From an uncultured delta proteobacterium (GTDB taxonomy: Bacteria > Desulfobacterota > Binatia > UBA9968): a stretch of DNA of 64,000 nt. Made by a program: the position numbers and the translations under genes. The stretch spans positions 160,001 through 224,000 of the forward strand of contig CAVSHR010000002.1 of the NCBI GenBank assembly GCA_963727625.1. Reading direction: 5' to 3'. The notes under the pieces are model-generated. The model did not search any database. It had not been told where the DNA came from and saw nothing but the letters and a program-made list of their open reading frames with translations. Below are positions 9,302 through 20,065 of the stretch, one piece after another (position 1 is the first letter of the stretch; the number at the start of each line of letters is the position of its first letter).

Positions 9302-10282
9302 ATGAGAAAAAAGTTTCTATGGTTTTCACTAATCGCTGTGCTTGGCGGGGTGGCAATTGCCCAGGCGCAGCAGCCAACGAGAGTCTCCCGGATAGGATTA
9401 TTAGCTGCTGTTAGCCCGGCCGCTTTGTCGGGCCGCGCCGAGGCGTTGCGCCAGGGTCTACGCGCTTTTGGGTATGTGGAAGGGAAAAACATTGTCATTG
9501 AATCTCGATATGCAGAGGAAAAACTCGAACGTCTCCCGGCGCTCGCAACCGAGCTGAGACGTCTCAATGTAAACATCATCGTGACGGCTGGTGCGCCAGC
9601 GACTCGTGCTGCCAACGAAGCAGGTAATCGAATCCCCATCGTCATGGCGCAGGATAACGATCCTGTTGGAAACGGGTTTGTCGAAAGCCTCGCACGACCC
9701 GGCGGCAATATCACGGGATTGTCCACACTTTCCTCCGAGCTGAGCGGAAAACGACTGGAGCTTCTCAAGGAGGTTGTTTCTAAGGTTTCCCGTGTGGCCG
9801 TGCTTGGCAATTCGGCAGTTCCGGGCAACGCGCTGGTATTAAAAGAGATAGAAATTGCAGCAGAGTCGTTCGGGGTCCAGATTCAATCCCTAGAAATAAA
9901 AGCGCCGGCAGATATTGAAACCGCATTCCGAGACGCGCGTAAGGGGCGGGCTGGCGCAGTCCTAGTACTGAACAACCCCGTCGTGTCCGCTCAGAGGAGG
10001 CGAGCTGCTGACCTTGCGGTAAAGAACCGCCTCCCGGCGATATACGAAAGATTAGAATATGTAAAAGATGGGGGGCTTATGAGTTACGGAGTAAGCAGTA
10101 CCGACTTGTTCCGTCGTGCCGCCACTTACGTGGACAAGATTCTCAAAGGCGCAAAGCCCGCGGACTTACCGGTCGAGCAGCCAACGAAATTCGAGTTCGT
10201 CATCAACCTAAAAGCCGCCAAACAGATCGGCCTGACGATTCCGCCCAACGTTCTGGCGCGGGCGGATCGGGTGATTCGGTGA
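9302..10282 (+). CDS. ABC_sub_bind protein, copy 6
   Basis: Full motif set; GGAGG upstream of ATG 9302. Confidence 0.92.
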   Translation: MRKKFLWFSLIAVLGGVAIAQAQQPTRVSRIGLLAAVSPAALSGRAEALRQGLRAFGYVEGKNIVIESRYAEEKLERLPALATELRRLNVNIIVTAGAPATRAANEAGNRIPIVMAQDNDPVGNGFVESLARPGGNITGLSTLSSELSGKRLELLKEVVSKVSRVAVLGNSAVPGNALVLKEIEIAAESFGVQIQSLEIKAPADIETAFRDARKGRAGAVLVLNNPVVSAQRRRAADLAVKNRLPAIYERLEYVKDGGLMSYGVSSTDLFRRAATYVDKILKGAKPADLPVEQPTKFEFVINLKAAKQIGLTIPPNVLARADRVIR

Positions 10283-10287
10283 CGGGA

Positions 10288-10632
10288 TTAACGCCCAAAA
10301 ACAATATCGATACCTGAGAGGATCAAATCGAGTTGGCGTTTGGACAGCTTGCCGACCTCTTCGGTGAGCAATGCACGGTCTAGGGTAATCAGCTGCGAGG
10401 TGTTTACGACTGAATCCTTTGGCAAACCTGTCGCTCTGGCAGACAGCAATACATTGCCCGGCGCTTCGGCCCAACGAAGATTGCTGGTTAGAGGTACGCA
10501 AACAACGGTTCTAATAAGGCTGCGATTAAGAGCGTCCCCTTGGACGACTAACACCGGCCGCCGAAAGCCGGGACCCGAACCGGTCGGTTCAGGTAGGTTC
10601 GCCCAATACACATGGCCTTGGGCGATTACCAT
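10288..10632 (-). CDS. PemK/MazF family toxin
   Basis: G.VYWANL.EP.GS.PG..RPVLVVQ.D..N, VPLTSN, GLPKDSV. Confidence 0.9.
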   Translation of the reverse strand: MVIAQGHVYWANLPEPTGSGPGFRRPVLVVQGDALNRSLIRTVVCVPLTSNLRWAEAPGNVLLSARATGLPKDSVVNTSQLITLDRALLTEEVGKLSKRQLDLILSGIDIVFGR

Positions 10633-10862
10633 TCGACATCTTCAAGTGTGCGTACCGCGGCGGCGGAAATGGCTGGGTCGGGGTAGTCAACCATCGCCTC
10701 GCAGACCCTATTCATCGCCTCAGTCACGGCATCTGGATCGTGACGAGCGACGTATTCGGTCACGGCTTCTGCATAAATCTGGCTTCGGGATTTTTTCAGT
10801 CGACGGGATAACCGCTCGGCATCTCGGAAAATCTTATCGGGGATGGAGATCGCAGTTTTCAT
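10626..10862 (-). CDS. Ribbon-helix-helix antitoxin (MazE6/ChpI-like)
   Basis: MKTAISIPD...SRSQIYAEAV; overlaps the toxin start; TATACT 6 nt before the ATG suggests a leaderless mRNA. Confidence 0.85.
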   Translation of the reverse strand: MKTAISIPDKIFRDAERLSRRLKKSRSQIYAEAVTEYVARHDPDAVTEAMNRVCEAMVDYPDPAISAAAVRTLEDVEW

Positions 10863-10920
10863 ACCCGCAGTATAACCAGCGGGACGACTGCGTGCAAATT
10901 CGCGTGCCTCCTCGTGAGTT

Positions 10921-11034
10921 CCGGTGCAGGGGGTCGATAAGGTCGATCTTGTCATCAATCTACAGGCGGCGAAGCAGATCGGCCTGACGATTCCCCCGAA
11001 TGTGTTGTCAAGGGCAGACAAGGTGATTAGGTGA
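10921..11034 (+). pseudogene. Orphan 3' end of an ABC_sub_bind gene
   Basis: PVQGVDKVDLVINLQAAKQIGLTIPPNVLSRADKVIR*. Confidence 0.85.
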
Positions 11035-11095
11035 GGGGTAAGTGAGTTAGGCGTTAGGCAAAAATTCAGGCGAGGCTAAAACAGGAGGGAACATC

Positions 11096-12091
11096 ATGCA
11101 TTCAAAATCTATTTCTTGGTTACTGGCAATTATCTTGCTGATGACTGCCGCCCTCGCCGAAGCTCAGCTCACCAAGTTGACCATCGGCAACAATACGCTT
11201 AGCACCAACGGTCTGCCTGCATGGATGGCCAAAGAAGCCGGGATTTTTAACAGAAATGGCCTCGACGTGCAGATCGTCTATTTCAGGGGCGGAACGATTA
11301 CGACCATGGCTTTGATCGCCCGCGAGACGCCGATCAGTCAAGTTTCCGGACCGCCGATCGTGAGCGCCGCTCTCAAGGGAGCCGACGCGGTCATGGTTGC
11401 CGCCGGCAACGTGGTTTCGGAGTACTGGCTCATGAGCAAGCCCGAGCTCAAGACCGCCGCGCAACTGAAGGGCGGCTCGGTCGCCATCGCGACGTTCGGC
11501 GGCTTGTCCGATTCCATCTCTCGGATCGCGTTACAAAAGCTCGGATTGAACGCTACGAAGGATGTCACACTCGTGCAGATCGGCACGATTCCGGAGCGCC
11601 TGAGCGCACTGGAGTCGGGCAAGGTTCAGGCCGCCATGCTCAACGCGCCCGACAACTTCCGGGCGCAGAAAAGAGGGCTGCATAAACTGATGGACGTGCG
11701 GCTCACCTATCAGGGCATAGGCGTGGGCACGACCCGGACCGTCATCAGAGAAAATCCCGACCTTGTCCGGCGCTATGTGAAATCTCAGATCGAGGCAGTC
11801 CACCGGCTCAAAACGGACCGGGAGGCGGGTATCAAAGTGCTGGCAAAATATCTCAACATTCAGGATCGAGAGGTTCTGGAAAAAGCCTATGATGACGCGA
11901 TCACCGACGAGAAACTTCCGCCGAAACAGTATCCGACCCTGGAGGGGATCAAGAAGATTCTCGAACCATTGGCGGAGACGGATCCAAAGGCGAAAGCAGC
12001 AAAGCCTGAGGACTTTGTCGATACGCGCTTCATCAAGGAGCTCGATGACAGCGGTTTCATCGACGAGCTCTACAAGGGCAGGAAGCGTTGA
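11096..12091 (+). CDS. NMT1/THI5/SsuA-like substrate-binding protein
   Basis: Signal peptide, WMAKEAGIF..NGLDV, FVDTRFIKELDDSGFI; AGGAGG RBS. Confidence 0.88.
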   Translation: MHSKSISWLLAIILLMTAALAEAQLTKLTIGNNTLSTNGLPAWMAKEAGIFNRNGLDVQIVYFRGGTITTMALIARETPISQVSGPPIVSAALKGADAVMVAAGNVVSEYWLMSKPELKTAAQLKGGSVAIATFGGLSDSISRIALQKLGLNATKDVTLVQIGTIPERLSALESGKVQAAMLNAPDNFRAQKRGLHKLMDVRLTYQGIGVGTTRTVIRENPDLVRRYVKSQIEAVHRLKTDREAGIKVLAKYLNIQDREVLEKAYDDAITDEKLPPKQYPTLEGIKKILEPLAETDPKAKAAKPEDFVDTRFIKELDDSGFIDELYKGRKR

Positions 12092-12138
12092 CGCGCTGCG
12101 GATTTTGAGACTCGCGATTTTGGATTGAGAGAAAATCC

Positions 12139-12426
12139 ATGAATAAAAACTTTTGGTTTCGAGCCCTGAATTCTTTGTTCGATAATCCAAAATCCAAAAT
12201 CCAGAAGCGGCCTCGCGGACTAAAATGGGTCAGGCTTTCGATGTTCGCTCGCGTCCTCGTGTTGGCTGGGGCTGTGGCACAGTCGCAACAGCCGAAGAAA
12301 ATTCCACGGACAGGGTATCCGTTGATTGATCCAACGAATGAATCTGCACTTGCCGAGGGCATTCGGCGGGCTTTCAACGAGCTTGGCTACGTTGGCGCGT
12401 CGCATCTGAATCTTGATCATCTCTAA
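12139..12426 (+). pseudogene. 5' fragment of an ABC_sub_bind gene
   Basis: AVAQSQQPKKIPRTGY...GIRRAFNELGYV then lost; preceded by AATCCAA heptamers. Confidence 0.7.
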
Positions 12427-12589
12427 GTGCCAAGCTTGCGGAGGTAGATTTCATCGTTGACGCCATGATCCACCTGAAGTAGAAGTCAGCTCAACCGCCT
12501 GGGGGAGCCTGTTACCGCGGTGTAAGGCGAACCTGTCATACGTAAACCCTCTCCCCCCGATCCGCATATCCGTTTCAGTCTCTTGTTTT

Positions 12590-15500
12590 ATGGCAAGCAC
12601 GACCAAAAAGGGCTCAAAGAACACCAAGACAAAGCCGCGCCGTGCCGTGGTGAAAACGTCGGCGGTTACACAAACGCGGCTGATTGCCGAGCTTCGCCAG
12701 CAACTCGCCCAGTCTTTGCAGCGAGAGAACGCGACTGCCAGGGAATTGCAAGACCGTAAGCGCGAACTTAACGACGTTTTAGCGCAGCAAAGTGCGACGA
12801 GTGAAATCTTAGGCGTGATCGCCAGCTCACCGAGGGATATCCAACCCGTAATGGATGCGATTGCCGAAAGCGCCGTGCGGCTGTGCGAGGCCAACGATGC
12901 GCTGATTTTCCGGGTAGAAGGCGATTCCTTGATACGCTTCGCTAATTTTGGCTCGCGCTCCCAGCAGAGCTTGGCGGCGGTCCGCTGGGAGGGATCAACC
13001 AGAGCTCAATACCCGGTCGAGCAGTGATCGGTCGAGAGATAATTCACATTCATGACCTGGCAGCGGTCCCAGAGGCCGAATTACGAGCGGTGTTTGCCAG
13101 ACGCGTTGGTGTGCGAACGGCGCTTGCAACGCCGCTGTTGCGAGACGGTGTCCCGATTGGGGTGATACTGATTCGCCGTACTGAAGTTCGACCCTTCAGT
13201 GAAAAGCAAATAGCGCTTCTCAAAACCTTCGCTGACCAAGCCGTTATTGCCATCGAGAACGTGCGCTTGTTCAAGGAACTCGGCGAGCGCAACGCGGAGT
13301 TGCGCGAGGCGCTGGAGCATCAGACGGCGACGGCCGAGGTGCTCGGCATCATCAGCCGCTCGCCGACGGACGTGCAGCCGGTGCTCGATGCCATTGTCGA
13401 GAGCGCGGCAAAAGTTTGCGGCATTGATGACGTGGTGCTGCGGCTCCACGAAGCCAACGCCATGGTGGTGCGGGCGCATTTTGGTTCGGTACCGGTAGCG
13501 GCTGGTCGCGAAGCGATCAGCATTGATGAACTACAGAATCAGTGGGTGCGCGAGCATGGGACACTCCACATCCCGGATATCCGTGCGCAGAGGATAGATT
13601 TCCCAACGATGGGTTCCATCTCGCGTACCTTTTTAATCGTTCCTCTCCGTCAGCAGGACCAACTCATAGGATTACTGGGTGCGCGCCGCACCGAGGTGCG
13701 CCCCTTCACCCCGGCGCAGATCAAGCTGATGGAAACCTTTGCCGACCAGGCGGTCATCGCCATCGAAAACGTACGGCTATTTCAAGAACTCACCGAGGCG
13801 TTGGAGCAGCAGACGGCGACGAGCGAAATTCTAGGCGTGATCGCCAGTTCGCCGACGGATATCCAACCGGTCCTCGATGCAGTCGCAGCGAGCGCGGCCC
13901 GGTTATGCGATGCCAAAGACGCTGTAATCTTTCGCCTCGATGACAACCATCTTCACCGCGTAGCAATTTGTGGAGAGATTCCGATGAGAGAGACGCCGCT
14001 GGCGCTCACCAGGGGCTCTGTGACTGGTCGCGCCGTGGTCGACCGCCGGGCGGTTCATATCCACGACGCCGATGCCGAATCCGAAACCGATTACCCAGAT
14101 ATCGATAGGACGGGAAATCGAGGCGGAAGTCGTTCCAGGACGAGACTGGCCGTACCACTGCTGCGCGAGGGTGTTGCCCTTGGGGCGATCATCGTTCGAC
14201 GTATGGAGGTTCGTCCATTCACAGAAAAGCAGATCAAACTGCTTGAAACCTTCGCCGACCAAGCTGTAATCGCCATAGAGAACGTCCGGCTGTTCAAAGA
14301 ATTGCAGGAGCGCAACGCGGAATTGCGCGAGGCGCTGGAGCATCAGACGGCAACTTCCGAGGTGCTCGGCATCATCAGCCGCTCGCCGACGGACGTGCAG
14401 CCGGTGCTCGACGCCATCGTCGAGAGCGCCGCGCGGGTTTGTGGGATCGATGACGTGGTGCTGCGGCTCCAAGACGGCAACGCTATGGTTTCACGGGCTC
14501 ATTTCGGTCCTTTAACCGTCAACCGCGTCGAGATCAGCATCAATGAGCCACAGTTTGGTTGGATGCGGGAGCATGGCACGCTTCACATTCCTGACGCCAG
14601 CGACCAGTCCGATTCACGGATGGTGGTTACCGGCGGCTGGCGGACTTTCCTGGTCGTTCCCCTTCGTCAGCAAACGGAACTGATTGGAGGATTGTTCGCA
14701 CGTCGTACCGAAGTTCGTCCCTTCACCCCGGCGCAGATCAAGCTGCTTGAAACATTCGCCGACCAAGCGGTCATCGCCATCGAGAACGTTCGGCTGTTCA
14801 ACGAGCTAAAGGAATCGTTAGAGCAGCAGACGGCGACGAGTGAAATCCTGGGCGTCATCGCCAGCTCGCCGACGGATATTCAGCCGGTGCTGGATGCCGT
14901 GGCGGAAAGCGCTGCGAAATTATGTAATGCTCCGAGCGCTTTCATTCAGCGCGTCGACGGTAACGTTATGCGACGAGTGGCGGCTTATCCCTATCCAGCA
15001 CCTCTTATAGGAGAAGAAACAGTTATAGATCGTACCAGGATTTCGGGCCGGGCTATTATTGACAGACAAACAATCCACGTCCAAGACATGGCCGCAGATA
15101 CGCAAAGCGAATTTCCCGGCGGCAGAAACATCCAACCAGTGACCGGTACACGCTCTGCTCTGGCAACGCCGCTGCTGCGAGAGGGAGTAGCCATCGGAGT
15201 TATTTTCGTGCGCCGAACAGAGGTCCGTCCCTTCACTGAAAAGCAGATCAAACTGCTGGAAACCTTCGCCGCCCAAGCCGTCATCGCGATCGAGAACGTG
15301 CGGCTATTCCAAGAGCTGAAAGAATCATTAGAACAGCAGACAGCGACGAGTGAGATCTTGGGTGTTATCGCAAGCTCTCCGACCGACATTCAACCTGTGT
15401 TGAATGTAGTCACCCAGAACGCAGCGCGCCTATGTGACTCGAGCGACGCGCAGCTTCGGCTGATTGACGGAAACCTCCTTCGTCTATTGGCCTCATATGG

Positions 15501-17577
15501 TCCGCTTCCAGTACCTGAGATAATACCCATTAGCCGCCAAACAGTGTCCGGCCGAGCTGTCACGGATCGACAAATGATCCATGTTCATGACCTGGAGCCG
15601 GAGCGCGAGACTGAGTATCCGGAAGGAGCAAGGGATGGGTCTCGAACAATCCTTGGCATGCCGTTAATGCGCGAGGGTGTTCCCATTGGAGCTGTTCTCA
15701 TTCGCCGACTTGAGGTCCGTCCTTTTACTGACAAGCAAATCGCACTCCTCACGACTTTCGCAGACCAAGCTGTCATCGCTATAGAGAACGTGCGGCTGTT
15801 TCAGGAGCTCACCGAAGCGCTGGAACAACAAACGGCGACGAGTGAAATCTTGGGCGTGATTGCCAGTTCGCCGACGAATATCCAGCCGGTGCTGGACACT
15901 GTGGCAGCCAACGCCGCGCGACTATGTGAGGCCGTTGACGCACAGATTCGCCTGGTAGAGGGTGACGGAACGCGGTTGGTGGCTTCCTTCGGAACCCTTC
16001 CAGCACCAGAGTTTCGGTCTTTGAAACCCACAAGTGTTTCTGGTCGGGCAGTTCTTAACAGAGAGAGTGTCCATGTTCACGATCTCCGTGAAGCCATGAG
16101 AACGGAATTTCCCGAAAGCGTCGTGGGTGCTCGCGTGGGAGCGGTGACGATGCTAAGTACACCGATGCTCCGGGAGGGAATTCCGATCGGTGTCATCAAT
16201 GTAAGACGAACCGAGCTTCGTCCCTACTCGGACAAACAAATCAAACTGCTCGAAACCTTTGCCGATCAGGCCGTGATCGCCATCGAGAACGTGCGGCTGT
16301 TCAACGAATTAAATGAGCGCACCAACGAATTGACTCGCTCGGTCGGCGAGCTCAAAGCCCTCGGCGAAGTCAGTCAAGCGGTCAGCTCGACTCTCGATCT
16401 CGAAACTGTCCTCACCCGCATCGTCTCCCACGCCGTTCAACTGAGCGGCACCGATGGTGGCGCGATTTACGAGTACGATGAACCTTCGGAAGAGTTTCAC
16501 CTGCGCGCCACCGATCACATGGAAGAGGAACTCATCACTGCCCTGCGCAATAATCCACCTCGCCTGGGCGACGGCATAGTCGGCCGGGCGGCGGCCAGCC
16601 GTGAACCGGTCGTGGTTCCCAATATCCTAGAAGAGCGCGCCTACGCCCCACGCATGCGCCAGATGCTGGAGCGCTTCGGTTTTCGTGCCAGCCTGGCAGT
16701 CCCCCTATTACGCGAAGACCGCATCATCGGCGGCTTGGTGGTACGGCGAAAAGCGATGGGTGAGTTTCGTCCCGAAGTCATCGAGCTATTGAAAACCTTC
16801 GCCAACCAGTCGGTGTTAGCGATCCAAAACGCCCGGCTGTTTCGCGAGATCGAGGAAAAGAGCCAGCAGATCGAAGCCGCCAACCGGCACAAGTCGGAGT
16901 TCTTGGCCAACATGTCCCATGAGCTTAGAACCCCGCTCAATGCCATTATCGGCTTCTCGGAGGTCTTGCAGGAAAAACTCTTCGGCGAGCTCAATGAAAA
17001 GCAAGCCGAATATACCGACGACATCCTCAGCTCCGGCCGCCATCTACTCTCACTCATCAATGAGATTCTCGATCTCTCCAAGGTCGAAGCCGGGCGCATG
17101 GAACTGGAGCTGGCGACCTTCGATCTCCCGATCGCCATCGACAACGCCCGCACCTTTGTGCGCGAGCGCGCCGCCACGCACGGCATCACGCTCGACGTCA
17201 CAATAGACGACCGCCTCGGTGACATCATTGGCGACGAGCGTAAGATCAAGCAGATCCTTCTCAACCTGCTATCCAACGCGGTCAAGTTCACCCCGGAGGC
17301 AGGCCGGATCGAGATCGCAGCAAGGCAGAGCGACGGCTCGGTGGAAATATCCGTCAGTGACACCGGCATCGGCATCGCGGCAGAGGACCAACCAAAAGTC
17401 TTCGAAGAGTTTCGCCAGGTGGGCTCCGACTATGCGCACAAGGTCGAGGGAACGGGACTGGGGTTGACGCTGGCCAAAAAATTCGTCGAGCTGCATGGGG
17501 GAAGGATCTGGGTGGAGAGCGAGGTGGTGAAAGGCTCGACGTTTGTTTTTACACTACCGATTGCGGCTGTCGCATAG
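12590..17577 (+). CDS. Cytoplasmic histidine kinase with 8 tandem GAF domains, HisKA and HATPase (frameshift near 12960)
   Basis: Seven ATxE(I/V)LG.I..SP.(D/N).QPV repeats plus a terminal GAF; ANMSHELRTPLNAI H-box, N box NLLSNAVKFT, DTGIG, GTGLGL. Confidence 0.9.
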
Positions 17578-17755
17578 GGTCAGGGATACAAAGGCTCACG
17601 TTCCAAGCGGCTTAATAAGAAGGTGGGATAAGGCGAGCAAAGACTTGTTTTCAGTTAGGAATGGGTAGTTCGAAACATACACAGGCAATGATCGAAGCGC
17701 ATCCGAAGCAGGACAAAACGCTGAGAATCAGAGCAGCGATGTGCAGGAGGAACCC

Positions 17756-18721
17756 ATGCGAAAAACATTCGGAATCGTCGTCGGTGTTTTGCTGGTAGCG
17801 CTTAACTTTAACGCCCAAGCCGCGCAAAAGGAATTCCAGAAGCTCACCGTCGGCTACACGCCGATCGCCGGCGCGTCGCTGCCGCTGTTCATTGCGGTCG
17901 AAGAAAGAATTTTTCAAAAGTACGGCTACGAAGTCTTTCCGGTGTTCATGGGCGGCTCGCCGCTGATCAACTCGGCGATCCTCGCGGGCGAATTTCCCAT
18001 CGGTTACACCGGCGGCGGCGCGGTCATCGCCAGCCATTTGAGCGGCAGCGACTTGATCGCCATCGCTTCGCCTTTACCGGTGTTGACCATCGACGGCTGG
18101 TCCAAGCCGGAGATCAAATCAATCGGCGATCTGCGCGGCAAAAGAGTCGGCGTCACCCGCTTCGGCGCATCGAGTTATTTCTCGGCGCTGTCGATGTTGG
18201 AAGCGGGCGGAGTGAAGCCCAGTGAGGTGACGTTTATCCAAAATGGCGGCGTGGGCGAGTCTTTCGCGGCACTTACCGGCGGCCGCGTCGATGTCTGCAT
18301 GATCGGGTACCCGTTCGGTCTCAACGCCAAGAACGCCGGATTCAATTTACTCTTCCGGCCCGCGCAGACCGAATATGGGCTTTTTCCTACGGCCGTGATC
18401 GCGGCAAGGGAGTCCTGGCTCAAGGAACCGAAAAATCATAAGACCGCAGTAAATTTCTTGCGCGCGCTGCAGGAAGGGCAGTCGCTCGCCCGCGACAACG
18501 CCGCGGTAACCCGGCGCGCGCTCAGAAAGTTCACGCGCGTTAGCGATGAAGCGCTATTGCAGGGCAGCTTCGAATATTATCGCGAGGCCTTTGCGCCGAC
18601 GCTGAGAGTGGTCGACAAGGCCATGGTCAACGCGCTCAAGTTCGTCGACCATCCCAAGGCCAAGACGGCCGACGTGAAGCAATCCTACGACAACCGCTAC
18701 ATCGACGAGGCGATGAAATAA
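17756..18721 (+). CDS. NMT1/SsuA-like substrate-binding protein
   Basis: Signal peptide, DLRGKRVGVTRFG; AGGAGG RBS. Confidence 0.85.
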   Translation: MRKTFGIVVGVLLVALNFNAQAAQKEFQKLTVGYTPIAGASLPLFIAVEERIFQKYGYEVFPVFMGGSPLINSAILAGEFPIGYTGGGAVIASHLSGSDLIAIASPLPVLTIDGWSKPEIKSIGDLRGKRVGVTRFGASSYFSALSMLEAGGVKPSEVTFIQNGGVGESFAALTGGRVDVCMIGYPFGLNAKNAGFNLLFRPAQTEYGLFPTAVIAARESWLKEPKNHKTAVNFLRALQEGQSLARDNAAVTRRALRKFTRVSDEALLQGSFEYYREAFAPTLRVVDKAMVNALKFVDHPKAKTADVKQSYDNRYIDEAMK

Positions 18722-18950
18722 TTTTCGTCTTTACTTCGGTGGCCCGGCGCGGCGCCATATCGCTTCCCCGGCTCGTCGGCGCGCCGATTCAATGGCGGTT
18801 CTAAATCGAATCCATCGGCGATTGAAAGTCGCGGCAGACTTCTTCAGCCATTCTCTTGACCGAAGTTCGGCGGATCTTTAGTATCTTTCAGCACCACAAT
18901 TTCACGACGGGTAGGTGCCGGAGAATTCTACTTTCAAACAGGAGATGTCT

Positions 18951-19934
18951 ATGGCGATGCGATGTTCAAGGGTGCTGGCTTTGTTGGCGCTACTCTGTTG
19001 GATGCCCGGTGGCGCGCAGGCGGCTGACAAACTGGTCGCTGACTACGGCGGCCATGCCGGATTTCAGAGCGCCATATGGGTGGCTAAAGATCTGAAGATC
19101 TTCGACAAGAATAGGCTCGACGTCGAAGTAGTCATGATCACCGGCAGCGCCCGCTCGGTGGCGGCGCTGATCGGCGGCAGCACCCAGTTCGCCACGGGTT
19201 CGGCGACCGGACCGCTCGCGGCGGCGATAAAAGGCTCGGACATCAGAATACTCGCCGCTTCCTACAACAAGTTTCCTTACGCGTTCGTGGTCAAGCCCGA
19301 CATCCGCACGCCGAGGGATCTGCGCGGCAAAAAAGTCAATATTCTCAATTACGGCGGTTCCAATGACCTGGCGCTGCAATTGGCGCTAAAAGAATGGGGC
19401 ATGAAACTTTCCGACCTACAAGTCATCGTCGGCGGCGATGCGCCGACCCGCTTGGGTTCGCTTATGGCGGGCCGCACCGACGCGACGATTCTTTCGCCAC
19501 CACACCTGACCATCGCGGTCAAAGCCGGCTACCGAGTGTTGGCCGATATGGGCGACATGAGCGCCAATTTCGCCCAGTCGACGTTGAACGTGAAGGGAAG
19601 TTTTCTCAAGGAAAATCGGGACGTCGTGAAGCGGTTTCTGCGCTCCTACAGCGAGGCGATTCACGTCATCAAGACGCAGCGCGATAAGTCCATGAAGATT
19701 TTTGCCAAGCGCATGCGCATCGATGATCCGGAAACAGTCAGAAGCACCTACGACTATTTTGCGCCGCGGTTTTCCTTTCCGCCGTGGGTGGACATGGCCG
19801 GCGTGCGCGACACTTTGAATTTTTATGCCGAGCAAAACCCGGATTTCAAGAACCACCGCGCCGAGGAATTCGTCGATCAGTCGCTCATGGATGAGTTGCA
19901 AAAGGAAGGGTTCTTCAAGAAGCTAGGATCTTAG
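18951..19934 (+). CDS. NMT1/SsuA-like substrate-binding protein
   Basis: Signal peptide, WVAKDLKIF.KN.LDV, EFVDQSLMDELQKEGFF. Confidence 0.85.
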   Translation: MAMRCSRVLALLALLCWMPGGAQAADKLVADYGGHAGFQSAIWVAKDLKIFDKNRLDVEVVMITGSARSVAALIGGSTQFATGSATGPLAAAIKGSDIRILAASYNKFPYAFVVKPDIRTPRDLRGKKVNILNYGGSNDLALQLALKEWGMKLSDLQVIVGGDAPTRLGSLMAGRTDATILSPPHLTIAVKAGYRVLADMGDMSANFAQSTLNVKGSFLKENRDVVKRFLRSYSEAIHVIKTQRDKSMKIFAKRMRIDDPETVRSTYDYFAPRFSFPPWVDMAGVRDTLNFYAEQNPDFKNHRAEEFVDQSLMDELQKEGFFKKLGS

Positions 19935-20065
19935 CCCCTGTTCGTGGCTGGCGTTTGAAAAGCGGCGCGAAGTCCCAACACGCTCACGAACACGAGCGCG
20001 GTGGCCCTAGCGGAACTTCAACAAAAATCCCAAGCGTCGGACCATCTTCGCGCTCTTTTATCTGC

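Noticed and set aside
13251-14500. Diversity-generating retroelement TR/VR pair in the GAF repeats
   Set aside because: Both copies are coding, the mismatches are not adenine-specific, and no reverse transcriptase is present
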